DNA of 64,000 bases from Narcine bancroftii (taxonomy: Eukaryota). Both the position numbers and the translations under genes were made by a program. Positions 63,560-64,000 of this stretch are shown piece by piece. The notes under the pieces are model-generated. The model had not been told where the DNA came from. It made no database searches and saw nothing but the letters and a program-made list of their open reading frames with translations. The DNA lies in assembly GCF_036971445.1 (NCBI RefSeq), contig NC_091472.1, forward strand, positions 241,428,001 to 241,492,000. The letters run 5' to 3'. Numbering within the stretch: position 1 is the first letter of the stretch; each line of letters begins with the position of its first letter.

Positions 63560-64000
63560 TGTGACATTGATGAAATGTACCTGCTGTATTGTCCGCCTCG
63601 ATTCCACAAGCAGGTGAGACCCAGGAATAACTTCCATTAGCACCCCCAAGGATGAGTATTCTCGCATACTCAATGAATTCCCCTCCATCCTGCGGCCTCA
63701 ATTCACTTCCGCCATGCCCCAGCATGGTGTCTGCCACCACATTTTGACCCAGGGCCACCCCCATGCCAAAGCCAGATATTTGCCTCCTGAGAAGCTACAA
63801 CTGGCAAAGGAGGAATTCTCCTGACTACTGGAGCTAGGGATCGCCTGCAGGTCGGATAGTCCATCTCTGTGCATTAACTGCTCGCCTGACAGAGTTCGGC
63901 CTCACCGTCAACGTGGCCAAGTGCCAGTTCGGTAAGGAGCCCCTGCAGTTCCTAGACCATATCATTTCTGTGGATGTGGCCGCCCCGTCACCCGAGAAGG
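63560..64000 (+). mobile_element. Gypsy pol fragment (internally deleted RT) in the kinase intron 1
   Basis: HGVCHHILTQG, PPEKLQLAKEEFS, EFGLTVNVAKCQFGKEPLQFLDHII. Confidence 0.8.

Overview
Vertebrate nuclear genomic DNA, not prokaryotic. The intron-exon structure and repeat mix (CR1, L1, RTE, Rex/Babar, Penelope-like, Gypsy, tRNA-SINEs, MITEs) suggest a cartilaginous fish; this is inference. Three host genes are supported. (1) TBCCD1 on the minus strand: five coding exons from ATG 13039 to 4239, with the 3' end left of the window. (2) DNAJB11/ERdj3 on the plus strand, divergent from TBCCD1: complete, 10 coding exons, 24297-56303, 1074 nt, 357 aa. (3) The first coding exon (60535-60650) and E2F/CCAAT promoter of a CDK2/CDK3-family kinase, which the ORF track missed. 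Introns and intergenic DNA are mostly transposable elements, including a near-intact L1 ORF2 and a young RTE. I cannot demonstrate a new biological system from sequence alone. The best leads are: a CDK2/3-like gene in an unexpected neighbourhood; repeated hammerhead-ribozyme-like cores in Penelope-like termini; GC-AG introns in both divergent genes; a 5S-rRNA-headed SINE-like insert; and an inverted duplication that skipped a hairpin. Exon boundaries were read base by base. Boundaries of decayed repeats are approximate, and homology statements come from recalled family knowledge, not database searches.
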